64,000 nucleotides of DNA from Utricularia gibba (taxonomy: Eukaryota > Plantae > Magnoliophyta): contig NEEC01000018.1 of assembly GCA_002189035.1 (NCBI GenBank), positions 1,054,001 through 1,118,000 on the forward strand. The letters are read 5' to 3'. The position numbers and the translations under genes are program-made. A model generated the notes under the pieces. It searched no databases. It saw only the letters and a program-made list of their open reading frames with translations, and had not been told where the DNA came from. How positions within the stretch are numbered: the stretch's first letter is position 1; the number at the start of each line of letters is the position of its first letter. Below are positions 11,980 to 24,632 of the stretch, piece after piece.

Positions 11980-13160
11980 TGGCCTCAGTTTAACCTCTGT
12001 CAAGTTAGGAATGGCAGGTTGCAGTTCAGGAAACAACTGAAGGAATAGGGAAAAGGAGAGCGAGGTTCACAGAGTAAAGCACAAGTAACATCGAGAGAAA
12101 GATCTGTAAAAGAAACTCTTGAACAACTCAAGCTCAATAAGATGAAATACTCTTTCAGAAGAGAAGCTTCAATATATGTAAAATCCCAAAGCAGTATGAC
12201 AGATTACCAAAACAGGCAAAAGAATCAAAGAAAACCCAACTGAGTTACACAAACTGGATACTTTCCAAGGCTTCCCCATAAAACCAAATGCGTATGAACT
12301 CCAGCTTAACGCCGGGAAAAACAAAACTTTTGTTGCCATCAGAAATCAGCAAATAAAAAACAGGTAAGTGTGGAAACAAGAAGTGGGTATTGAAGAAAAA
12401 GCGGCAGCGACTCGCCTTAGATTGGTGCAAAAGAAATGCAGAAAACTCAGAAGAAAGAAATGATGAGACAGTGAAAATTCATGGTGAGCCCAAGCGTCAT
12501 CCCATCGAGAACGCAATGCAGTAGGGCCCGGAATAACAAGAGAGAGAAGCAAGCAAGGCTGGGCTGTAACGTCGTGTTCCTTCTTTATAAAAAGCGAACT
12601 GAAAAAGAAAAGCTTCACTGCCTCCGCCACACCATTTCCACTTTCACCACTCTGTTGCTTCCCTCATCCCCATCTTCTCATTCACACACTTCGCCTGTCA
12701 AATTCCTTTGCCACTTTGACCGCCGGTATACAACCAAAACATCCTCAACATATAGTCATTTTCCACCAAATTCATCTACTCTTCTTACTATGGGAATCAT
12801 ATGGATCAAACTTGTCACTCATTAAAAATCTCGAAATCAAAAACCCGCAACCAAAAACCCATCTTTTTGGCATTGTCACACAGCTAATCTGCTTTTAAAG
12901 ATGCCAATCAACCTAATACATCAGACCTGCGAGCCCCCCAGCTTCAGTCCGAAGAGACAGATAGTGACATCCAACTGTATTCCTACACTGTTACAACTGC
13001 CATGCCAAACCGGAGAGTGACCGTAGAATACGGAAACTACTCACCTCTCTGTTCACTAACTAATCTCATCATGGCGGAGTGGGTGTAACTTTTAACTTAA
13101 ACTGGATTAGCCTCTTGTTGTTCTCTCTAAGCAAGCTGATGCAACCCAACCAACAGAGCC

Positions 13161-13191
13161 CACGTGGCACGAACATCCACGCGGTGGGCCC
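13161..13191. promoter_or_regulatory. ABRE/G-box + CE3-like + TCP-site module upstream of the SCAB gene
   Basis: CACGTGGC 13161-13168, CACGCG 13178-13183 and GTGGGCCC 13184-13191. A minus-strand donor (GTGAGT near 13053) suggests a non-coding 5' exon just downstream. Confidence 0.4.
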
Positions 13192-15873
13192 CGTCATGGC
13201 TCTAAAGCTGACTCAAGAGGGTTCATCATTGATATCCAAGATATTTTCTTTAGAAAATGTTAAAACTGGTCTATTTTTTTTTATCAATATAAAAATGGTG
13301 TATTTTTTATGCCTTCGGTATAGTATTTTTATGTCTATAAAATTATATTTGAAAAGATTATTTATTCAAAAAAAATTATTTTTTTTTAAAATTCTATATC
13401 CATGAAAATTGGTCACTATTAAATTCTATCATATACATTGAATCAAAAATATTATATATGTGATGATCGTTTTTCCCACATAATTATTGATGGGTGACTA
13501 CTTTTTTAATATACTCCATGATGTATTCATTGGACTCGTGATGTACCAACCATGGGCAAGAGTTTGTTTGTAAATGAATTTTAATTTCTAATCCACAATA
13601 AAAAATGAATTTTAGATGACAAAAACAGAATATAGTTAAGAAAATCTGAAAATTCTTAAAAAATAACACCTACATTTAAAACCACATCAAATATTATTTT
13701 TATCCAAATAAATGTTATGTATGTATTTGGTTGACTGGTTAATTTATCAAAAATAAATCCAAAAAAAGGTGAGTTTTCTTTTTATCACATGAGAAAAGAT
13801 AAAAAAATATTCTTTTACCAAACCAATCCAACACATTGGTTGCATTAGAAATTTGGGTATATTTTCATTATTGTATGAAAAAAGTAGTCACTTATAATAT
13901 AAATTTCTTAATTTAACTTGTTATAGATAATGTAAACACATCATCTACGAATAGATTCATTTAGAAAATTGACCATCCGTACAATCTATTTCACACGGTG
14001 AGTTAAAATCTTTACACTACACTTGACCACTTTTATCATACATTGAAGAATAACCGTATTTCTAATAGATCCGTACGAATTAGCGCGTGATTGGATCTGG
14101 TGCTCTTGCGCCATCCCATGTGGTCCAGCCTCGGGGCCGTACGTACTGATTGATGAGGCTGGGCTTCGTAGTGCATTAAATTGAGATCTTATTCCGGTAT
14201 TTGGACCTTTCGTGGTCCAGCCCACTACCCAACAGGCCGTTATAACTGGGCCCATGATTCCTTTCTGGATGTGTGTAGTGTGTTTCATCTCTGTTGGCAG
14301 ACCACATGGTGAAAAGTTCATCCCCATGTGACCAATCTGCAATTGTTCTCACGTGGGGATTCCATTACAAATCTCAAACTATAAGGAATCTAAATTCCAT
14401 TAGAAACCGAATCTAAATCAATTACCCGATTCGTTCAGGATCGATTACACGTATGAGTTTAATATCAATTTCTCTACTACAATCTTAATCTTTGACTATT
14501 AACAATTTAAAATCTGAATGATTTTTAATTTTATTGATTTTAAATGATAAATTTGTATCATCAACTTTGAATAGTGAATGTATTTATTTATAAAAATATA
14601 TTGTTTGTGATACATGTTGACACAATTCACTTTTGTCTTGTACCATATGGTGTACTTTAAACACTCAACTCTTACAATTTTACGTTTTCTCGTTTTGAGA
14701 AAAAAATCTCATACAAAATTAAAAGAATCTCTTTATTTAAACAATTTTTTTCATTATATGTAATAAATATGAAATATCATAACAATACCTTTGATCTTAC
14801 ACAATAAATCTTATATAAAAGTTATTTATATAAAAAAAGAGATAGAACTCAATTAGGACCATTTATAATTGGTTCTTCAAACTTTTTATCTATATCCAAA
14901 TAATTTATTATCGATTTTGAGTTTAATGATTTTTAAATTCAGAAACATTATTAGAAGTGTCTCCTTCTGGCGGTTGATTTTATTTTTTATTTAAAAATAA
15001 TTTTATTTTTTGGTAATATGTATTTAATGCCAAATGGGAATAATTTTTAAATGTGGACGTGTTTTGGCCCAAGAATTCAAATTTGTAGGGCGACGATGAT
15101 TTCGGATTTGTACCGCCGCGCCTTGCATTGCTGTGACCGTTGCTAGGGGTAAATCCGTCTAAGTGACCATTTGTTGGGTTAATCTTGGCCGTCCATTTTC
15201 TACATCGTACGGTAGAGAGGTGAAGGAAGTATCATCGGTCCTGGTTCTCGCTTATATAGGAGTAGGGTTTTACTTGAATCAGTTCCATCACCGCGCGCTC
15301 ACTTCTCAGTCGTCCTCTTTGTATCTCATTTGTCCTCTTACCGTCTACGGAGGTAGTGCTTTTCCTTAGATTTAGTAGATTTAGACTGTTATTGTTGTTG
15401 CTGCAGCGGGCTGTTAATTTTCCTAGATTTAATTACTCTATGTGCCGTGGTTTTGCTTTGTTGGAAGGAGTGGTGAGGTTGTGTTTTTTTTTTTTGTTTG
15501 CTGTTTATTTTGTGATTTTCTGGAGTTCCAGTTTCGAGAATGCGAAAGTGGAAGTGACACGAAGTCGATGTTTCGTACCGAAGAAGTATGTGTAGAAATT
15601 TTAAGTTTTTTGTAGATCTGGTTGCGATCTAGGCTGGAAATTAATTTTTCGTGGAATTTGGGTAGACCTGAGTCGGTAGGAATGGGTGGTTAGCTGTCGA
15701 TTTGGAGATCTGTATGTTGTTTTATACCAAAGATCTCTATCCGTACATTTTGTTTCAATTATTGGGAACTATTTGCAGATCTGGTTCAGGTATAAGACGG
15801 AAAATCATGGTTGTGCAGTTTCGTATGCTGGATTCTTGCTTGCGTGTTGAAATCCTTTTTATTTTGCAGGAGA

Positions 15874-17646
15874 ATGAGAGAAATCCTTCACGTTCAAGCT
15901 GGCCAATGTGGAAACCAGATTGGGTCAAAGTTCTGGGAGGTTGTCTGTGATGAGCATGGCATTGATCCAACTGGAAAATATGTAGGAACTTCAGATTTGC
16001 AATTGGATCGCGTTAATGTTTACTACAATGAAGCATCCTGCGGTAGGCTCGTGCCCCGTGCTGTGCTCATGGATCTGGAGCCTGGTACAATGGATAGCGT
16101 GCGCACTGGACCTCATGGCCAGATATTCCGTCCGGATAACTTTGTCTTTGGTCAATCTGGCGCTGGTAACAATTGGGCCAAAGGGCATTATACGGAGGGT
16201 GCTGAGCTTATTGATTCAGTCCTTGATGTTGTCAGGAAAGAAGCTGAGAACTGTGATTGCCTTCAAGGTCAATTGGTTTCGCATGCATCATGATTTTATT
16301 TCTCTACAGATTTTTTGTTATCTTTTGAACAACCTTCATTGCTGTCTTAATTGCCTGCTGTGACAATCTGGGTTCACCGTAGTATCCTGCAAATTTCAGG
16401 TTTTCAAGTTTGCCACTCTCTAGGTGGGGGAACTGGTTCTGGAATGGGAACCTTGCTGATTTCTAAGATCAGGGAAGAATACCCTGATAGAATGATGCTG
16501 ACATTTTCTGTGTTCCCTTCCCCCAAAGTTTCCGACACCGTTGTTGAGCCATATAATGCCACTCTCTCAGTGCATCAGCTCGTTGAGAACGCAGATGAAT
16601 GCATGGTTCTTGACAACGAAGCCTTGTATGATATTTGCTTCAGAACTCTCAAGCTCACCACCCCTAGCTGTAAGCATATATCATTGCTCACCTTGAAACT
16701 TTTGATTTCGTTTTCACTGTTCTTCTAATGCTTGCGATGATCTGATGATGATAAGACTAACTTACTGTTTGATACCACCCTGTTTTTTATTTTTTAAAAT
16801 TGCGCTAGTGCAAAAGCCTTTTACTCTTTTGTTTTCAATGGTAATCTCTTTATTGTTCTTGTTGTACCCAAATCCTTAGTGAATGCTGTATGTATCCGCA
16901 GGATCTATCATCATCAATCACATCCTTTGTATTTCTTTTATGCTAAATCACTTGCATTGTTTGACATTCTTGCAGTTGGTGACCTGAACCATCTGATCTC
17001 TGCAACCATGAGTGGAGTCACCTGCTGCCTCCGCTTCCCTGGCCAACTGAACTCCGACCTGCGGAAGCTCGCAGTGAACTTGATCCCATTCCCCCGATTA
17101 CACTTCTTCATGGTGGGATTCGCCCCTCTGACATCCCGTGGTTCTCAGCAGTACCGTGCCCTTACCGTCCCAGAGCTCACCCAACAAATGTGGGACTCCA
17201 AAAACATGATGTGTGCAGCAGACCCTCGCCACGGGCGCTACCTCACAGCCTCAGCCATGTTCAGGGGCAAAATGAGCACCAAGGAAGTGGACGAACAGAT
17301 GATCAACGTCCAGAACAAGAACTCATCCTACTTCGTTGAGTGGATCCCCAACAACGTGAAATCAAGCGTCTGCGACATTCCACCCAGAGGCCTCTCAATG
17401 GCATCCACCTTCATCGGCAACTCCACCTCCATCCAGGAAATGTTCCGGCGTGTGAGCGAGCAGTTCACCGCCATGTTCCGCAGGAAGGCCTTCCTCCACT
17501 GGTACACCGGCGAGGGCATGGACGAAATGGAGTTCACCGAAGCCGAAAGCAACATGAACGATCTCGTATCCGAGTATCAGCAATACCAGGACGCCACCGC
17601 CGATGACGAGGCCGAGTACGAAGACGAGGAAGAGGAGGAGGCCTGA
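15874..17646 (+). CDS. TUB: Beta-tubulin, 3 exons (15874-16267, 16400-16669, 16976-17646), 444 aa; a 5'-UTR intron ends just before the ATG
   Basis: [26 protein letters not shown] and acidic tail [18 protein letters not shown]. Canonical 394- and 270-nt plant exons with GT-AG introns. Confidence 0.98.
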
Positions 17647-18691
17647 GGGAACGAGCAACTGGTAGGTATCCACTGCCACTACTACTACTACTACTATCCT
17701 TCTGTTTCACTGGTGCGTCTTGGTTCGCCTCTCACTCTCTCCCCCCACCTTTCATTATCGAAATTCCAAATGAGTCCTAACCTGGACTGTGAATGGGCCC
17801 ACATACTCTCCTGTGATGATCGAAATTCGAGGTGTACCGTACCACGCACTGATTTCTCTTTAAAAAAAAATACTACAAAAGAACAGTGTTTTAAAAATGA
17901 TACACAAGACTTTTCTAGTCATTGTCTTAGGTTTAATTTATTTCACTATATTTATTATAAAGTATAAATAGGATAGAAAGTGGGTTCTATTGATATATGT
18001 ATAAATAATTATTTTATAAACATTTTTTTAATACAAATGAATTAATGAAGAGTAAAGTGTGAAAATATCAAATGAAGAATGAGATATATAAATTTTATCT
18101 AGGATATCCTACAATTTAAAAATACCAAGTTTTAATATTTTATCCTTTATATATCTTATCACAATTAATAAACATATATTTTAATATATTCATATATTCC
18201 ACTTGATAAAAGTGAATCATTTTCCATTTAATATGGTGTACCTAATCCCCTAAGTTCAGGAATCAGATCTACTCTAGAGTTAAATTTATCTCTTTGAAAC
18301 AAGGATGAATCATGATTATCTTCATTTTTTTTACTCTGGTTGGTTTTGTGATTTACCCATGACCCACATCATGGATGAGGTTTTTTTTTTTTGAAAACTA
18401 ACCATTCTAACATTCTCTCACACATACTAATATTAAAATTTTACACACACAGTAACAATAATATTGTTAATTTTCAAATTCATCCACGTACATGCCGACC
18501 AAGGTACGATTTGTGTCAAACTCTCCGTCGCATTAAAGAGAGTGAAGTGATATGTACCAGTTATCCATACCCACCCTTCCCCTTGTCCTCTTCCCATCCC
18601 CATTGCCGATGCCGATGCAATGATTCCCCGGATATTTTTATACTCACTGTTACGCCCGTGGGTCTCGAACACCATATGGCATATGATCTGT

Positions 18692-18710
18692 CCCCCCCCC
18701 CCCCCCCCCC
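18692..18710. repeat. Poly-C19 tract (G-quadruplex-prone on the minus strand)
   Basis: 19 consecutive C in a GC-rich patch about 560 bp upstream of the microprotein ATG. Confidence 0.85.
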
Positions 18711-19268
18711 GCCGGCCCCTCCAGCCCCAACGGCCTCGGGGGTAAAACTCCGGTGAAATAACTGAAATGGTGGTGATAGTTGGAGTTGGGTCCTCCTCCC
18801 TCATGTGGAAAATGGTGGGTGGGGGAGTCCAGTTGCAATCGATCCTTAATGAAGTGGAGGTGGACGCCACCTTCGTTAAAGAGATGGTAGGTATCCATCT
18901 CAGGATGCCCAAGCTCCTTTCTTCTGATGCTAACCCTGCTGACTAACCAGTCTTTGAAGTATCTGGTTTAGTACTGCTGCTGGTATGTATTTGTCTGAAT
19001 TCGTGGTGGGATTGTTGTGAACTGTTTTCACCCTTGGATGAGTTTAGTGTGTGGAGGAGGATAAGAAGAGGGGCAATGGGATCCCGTTCACATGGCGTTG
19101 GTCCAATGCAACACCATGTGCACCACATTTGCTGCAGTCGGCACTACCCGACACTTGGATCTACTGCTCTCCTCCCCCCTCTTCAGTTCCCCAAGTACAT
19201 CTCCCATCTCTCATATATCTACGCTCTCCTGTTAACAAGAAAGCTCAAACCCCACCCCAGAGCCAGCA

Positions 19269-19568
19269 ATGAGTTCCAATTGGGTTCGAGCCATCACTTC
19301 TCCCTTCAGAAAGGCGCGCAGTCTGTGTAATCCCAGCAAGGACAAGAAGTCCCGTCATGGTACAGCGCTTACTCACTCGCTCACTCACCTGGGCTTCTTC
19401 TTGTTTCCCATTTTCCTCTGATGGTCTGGTTTTTCAGGGAGGGAGGAGGAAGAAGACAGAGGGGTGGATCTTCGCGGCGAGGTTTTCAGCTGCGGGTATG
19501 AAGATGTGCGAGTGATGTGGTCCATTTTGGACAAGTCCAGATCCACACCCTGCACTCTCACTCCTTGA
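19269..19568 (+). CDS. Conserved small plant protein of unknown function, 73 aa, 2 exons (19269-19359, 19438-19568)
   Basis: MSSNWVRAITSPFRKARSLCNPSKDKKSRH|GREEEEDRGVDLRGEVFSCGYEDVRVMWSILDKSRSTPCTLTP*, with a 78-nt GT-AG intron in matching phase. The WxRxITSPFRKA and L-x-GEV-x-x-CGYEDV-x-VMWSIL motifs are typical of a recalled plant small-protein family. Confidence 0.85.
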
Positions 19569-20608
19569 ACTGCTACCCACATCCTCTCCTTCCTTCTTCC
19601 TCGTCGTCTCTGGTTCCTGAATGCGCAGAGTCTCTGTGGCTGGTGGTATCGAAGCCCATGGACTCCCACACCCGCAGCATCTTCTCCCCTTTTTCTTGTC
19701 TACGTGTTGGTTTCTCCATCCCACTTGAAAAAAGCTTAGAGGAGTGTCTTTAGTCAAATTCAGTTCCAAATTCCATAATTAATATTTAAATTAAAAATGC
19801 ACCCAAATTTTCCACATCCAAGGAAACATTGGGGTATGATGGTTTTACTCATACTTCTCATAATTAATGAAATACTTTTTATAAGAAAAATGGTTACATA
19901 ATTAAATTATATTAACTGATGGATTATTTTTATATTTCTTATATCAATCTATTAAAACTTGGTGCAATAATAAAAAAAGTCCCATTGCATCATAGATGTA
20001 ATTTTTTTTATGCCTTCAAATACGTGTATTTTAAAAATTATATTTATTTGATATGCCTATAATTTAATACATGCATATTTTCTAATACACTCGTGCATTT
20101 CCTTCAATCATATTTTTTAAAACCATTCTCCTACGTTAGTTTTTTTAATTAAATAAAATTTATTATATATATACAAAAATGTAATAACCCATGTATATCT
20201 TATACAATATTATATATTTCGAACATACAATCTTCATAGTTTAATGTTTTTTCTATATTTGATTTGTCTTATCATTACCTATCCTCACGTAAAATTAGGA
20301 TAAATACGATTAACTTTGGAGTTATTATCAAGAACTCTTCACCTTTACTTGAGAAAAGGCCTTGTGGACTACTCAATTTTATAATTTCATTCATTATTAA
20401 TGGATGTGAAATTTACTTAAAACCATCTTGCACTTTCTTCAGCGGGGAAAACTTATACACCATATGCATTTTCAATTATAATAGGAAGATGTGTAATTAT
20501 TTAAACACAATCAATTTTAATAAATTATTAATTAATTTAATTTATGAGACTCCACCTTGAAATTAAAACGATAACAGTCATAGCAATTAGCACCCACCTA
20601 CTTGTGAT

Positions 20609-20671
20609 TGGGCTTTACTATTTTTGGACTGTTCTATGATGAAAGCCCAATATATATTGGGCTTCGGCCCA
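20609..20671. promoter_or_regulatory. Site II (TGGGCY) cluster including a perfect 22-bp palindrome
   Basis: TGGGCT 20609-20614, palindrome aagcccaatatatattgggctt 20643-20664 and GGCCCA 20666-20671. No gene was identified next to it. Confidence 0.4.
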
Positions 20672-22634
20672 TATATCTAATCATGCGTTCTATTTTAGTC
20701 AAGTTAAAATGAAAACAATCCATTTTCGAAAATTCAATTAAATTGGGATCATTAAGGGAATATACCTTAAACTAGACTTACCCTAGAAAAAGTTTTCACA
20801 ACGCATAATTTTTATCCGTTTTTCTTTTTTTGTGTAGTGGTTCGTTATTGTGACGTCTAAATCTATTTGACACAAATCGAATGCATTCAAATTGAGTATA
20901 ATCGAAATCGAAATCGAAATCAACATTGATACGGTATCAAATTTAATTGACATTGCCAAGAAGTAGAGGGAAGTAAAAGAAGACAAGCATCACAGATTAT
21001 AACGAATATGGAGAAAAAGGCGGGTTTATTAATCAGGATAAAAAAAAGGCAAAAAGACAATAAATTCTCTTTTATGATATTTGTTTGTAAGTGCGTGCGT
21101 GGTCCAAATTTTGGTTTCAGGATAAAAAAGGCGAATTTCGTAATTGGTGGCCACATTTCTTCCAATCATTTATCTTAAAAATATTCCAGATTTTTTTTGT
21201 TATTCTTTTTTAATTAATATAAACAATGATGTGAGTATTTTTGGTATTTGATTATTTGAACAAATCGCACGAGCAACACGTAAAAATGGGTTAAAATGTA
21301 TTTGTGGGCGATCCTCTTTTCTTAAAATTCTCCATTTTTACAAGAAAATAATTTTAGATATCTATCAGGAAACTAAAAAATGGATTAGTAGATTTCAATT
21401 AGAATCAGTTTTGAAATTATGTAAATAAAACATTTTCAGATTATAAAACTGATTTTTAAAATTATATTAATAATTTTAGAATAAAATAAATTATATATAA
21501 TACATTGTTAACATTTATCTGAAACTGTTATATAATAATTCAATCTAAAATATAATATATTATACAATAATTTAATATAAATATATTATTAAAACGAAAA
21601 TTCAAAAAAATTCATAAATTCATAAATTTAATCACAAAATTTAATTTTTTAATTTTAATACAAACAATTAAAAATTAGCATTTTAATAATTAAACAGAAT
21701 TATTTCAATAAATTATTTTAAATATCAGGTCCTTTATTTTTACCATAAATTAATTTTATATACATCTATCAATAATTTTAAAAAAATGATCCATGGATTT
21801 CAATTAGGATTTCAATCCTGAATCAATTTTAGGGTATAATCAAGTAGCGGCTTTGAATTCAAATAGGATTCGATCAGAAAGCACCATTTAAAAATTGAGC
21901 TCCATTCTTGCCTTTTTAGGGAATGTTTCTGGTGCTTTAGGATATATTATAGTTCTGAAATTTAGGGTCCAAGTTTAGGTGTAAAACGATTGAAAAAATT
22001 CAAGTATCAAATGATTTTAGGGTCAGCCACTGGATTCCATTTAAAATATCCCCTTGTGGCTTACCTACTACCCATGTTTGAAATGCTGAAGGTCAAAGAA
22101 ATAGCCTACCCTTCTTTTCTTCACGTCGCCATTGTATTCTGGTAGTGATGCGCTGTGGTCCACGTTGAGAAATGGAGGACTCTGTGGCAGCATGAAGGAA
22201 AAAAGAACTATAGTTTTGTTCAAAGGCAGTTTGAGTCAAAAGAGTGTGGGGCTCCCGCTGATGCCGAGACTTGGTCAGTCTTTTCTGTGGGTGGGGTGGG
22301 GTGGGTTGGATAGGAGACTTGGTCAAAATGCACCTCCATTGCTGCGCTTAGGACAAACTTGTGTTAGAAAAGATCAACAGGGTTTACTTGTGAAAAGATC
22401 GTGTCATTGAGTGCAATCTTACATGATTGTGTTCTGCTGAGCATACATTTGATGCATGGATTCAGTTCGGAACAGGGTAGACGAATAACAAAAATGCCCG
22501 GTTCATGTTTTGTTTGTAACTCTTGGAGGAGGGGAAGTGGTTTGTATCAGCTGGAAATAGGAGAGAATGGATCTGGGGAAAACGAGGGAATCAATCCATA
22601 AGCTCTTTATTTGTGTCTGTACTGATCGGGTGAA

Positions 22635-24632
22635 TCACCGTCTTGTGTTGGACCATTGTTTTCTATGCATCCCAGGCTTGGTGTGCTGATTCCTATGCAC
22701 AAGGCTCTGCTTTGGGAGATCATGTAATTCCACAACTTGAATCGTTCGCTGCTTCTTAGCTGCTCGATAACAGAAAACATTATGCTGTTAGGAGGATGAA
22801 CTTCAAGGGAAGAATGTGTATGATCTAACCGTTCTCTGCCTCCTGATACCGCTCATGAAGCTTCCTCTTGGCGGCCTCCAGCTTCATCCCAGCAGAACCC
22901 TCGTTGTAGCAAGCCTTCTTGTCGTGAAAAATGGCATGAATCAGCATTTTCTAGCATACAAAAAAGAGATGGTTCTGTTCATGCACACATACCTCAAGTC
23001 TAGGCATCAATTTCTGAACCGTTCTGTTCTCCTGAACCTTCTGCACATTCTGTACATTGTTCAGCTTTGGTTTCGACAATGGCTTTGTGCGATCAGGAAC
23101 GGATTCGTTGGGCCGAGTGGGATGCTTCATCACTGTGGCTTCAACGTTTCTCTTCTGCTCCGCTTTTGTGTCCCTGGATCCAACATATGCGCCATTTTTG
23201 TTTGAGTGCTTTGTTGTGCTTTCTCTTGTGATGCTGAAGTTTCCATTCTGTTGCGGATCTGAAGCAACAACAGCAGAAAGAATGTTATTTAATGGTTTCC
23301 AAGGATCCAGAATGCGACTCGGGGATCAGAGAAGAGAACACTCACTTCCATCGTCATCCATCTCATCAAAGAACTGAACAGGAAAAGAAAACAAAGAAAA
23401 CGAAAGGCATTTCAGTGTACAGTTTGATGCAAAGCAAGTCAAAACATTTGCAAGTATAATGGTACCTTAGACAGCTCCATTGAAGATGGAGAGGTAAAGA
23501 AAGCTCCTTCATCCATGGGAGGAGACGGTAGGCCTTCCTCGTCTTCGACTGTCGACGTCTTAGCAGATTCGGTCGCAGCTTCTGCTGCTGCAAGCAGGAT
23601 CAGGATCATCACACTCTCGATTCAGATGAACACAAACAACTGAAGAACAGAGAGATGAAAACTGATATTTTTGGTGAAGTTACCTGCAATGGATGCTGTG
23701 GTAGTAACCCAAGAATCAACCATCACTTTCCAGTCCCTACAATGGAAGAAACACAACAAAAACACAATGAGGAACAAGATTTTCCACCCCAAGTCAAGTT
23801 CTTTATCAAGGGGAAAATGAGTGAAGAACATATAGGGAGAATTCGCACTCGACTAATGACTTTGCAAGGCTTCGGATTTCCTTTGATCTGTGTTTCCGAA
23901 GACCATTAACAGATTTTCCAATCTCTGTGGCCTGAAGAAGAGTGCTGAAGTTTAGACCAATTTGTTGAACTACAAAAAGAGGAGGAATTCGAGCTGAAAC
24001 CTTGAGAGTCTCCACATTCAAAGGCATAAGCCGAAGCCTCCTCAGAGAATCAAACAACGAAGAATCAGGCTGTCCAAAAAAAGGTAAACATGAATGGAAT
24101 CAGATGGAGACAAACAAAAATCTCAGACTACAAGGTGATGACAAAGTAAACCAACCTCTCCCTGATTGTTGTCAAGGATCTCTTTGATCCTCAGGACCTC
24201 CCCGTGCAACTGATACTCTTCCTCAATCTCATCAGTCAGAGCCTCAGCATCTCCATAGCTGAAATTGCTTATCTGGTTCACTTTTGTCACCATCTCTCTG
24301 TGATCTTCATCATCATCTCTGCTGCAACTATTCACCTTGCTTTCTTTAGTATCTTTACTACACCCAGCTTCAACCACACTCTTGGATTTATCTTCACTTG
24401 TGGTCAAACACTCGGTGTTGGGTAAAGCTAACTCAATCCGATCACAACCGAAACACTTGGTGGCCTTGCAAGAGAAGAGCAATTCCGCAATCCTGTCCCT
24501 TTTCATTCTGAAATCGTAGGGGCAATCTGAGGCAGCGACGATTATCGCATGCTCGATGATTACAAAGATGTCGCAGTTCGCCGTGCGAAAATACGACCTC
24601 CATTTATCAAGACTCTTGAAATTGCTGGTCAT
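22635..24632 (-). CDS. MED26: Mediator subunit 26-like / TFIIS N-terminal domain protein, about 9 exons
   Basis: MTSNFKSLDKWRSYF...IEHAIIVAASDCP..RDRIAELLF...LRRLRLMPLNVETLKATEIGKSVNGLRKH...LPSPPMDEGAF...KLEAAKRKLHERYQEAENAKKQRTIQVVELHDLPKQ. ATG 24632, TGA 22635-22637. Confidence 0.9.

Noticed and set aside
17328-17679. Alternative-frame and antisense ORFs over tubulin exon 3
   Set aside because: Explained by the high GC3 of the real CDS, which depletes stop codons.
18433-18912. 121-159 aa ORFs around the poly-C tract
   Set aside because: Low-complexity products of the C run with no conserved motif.
22404-22415. Partial match to miR397 (TCATTGAGTGCA)
   Set aside because: Only 12 nt match, in the MED26 3' region, with no fold-back.
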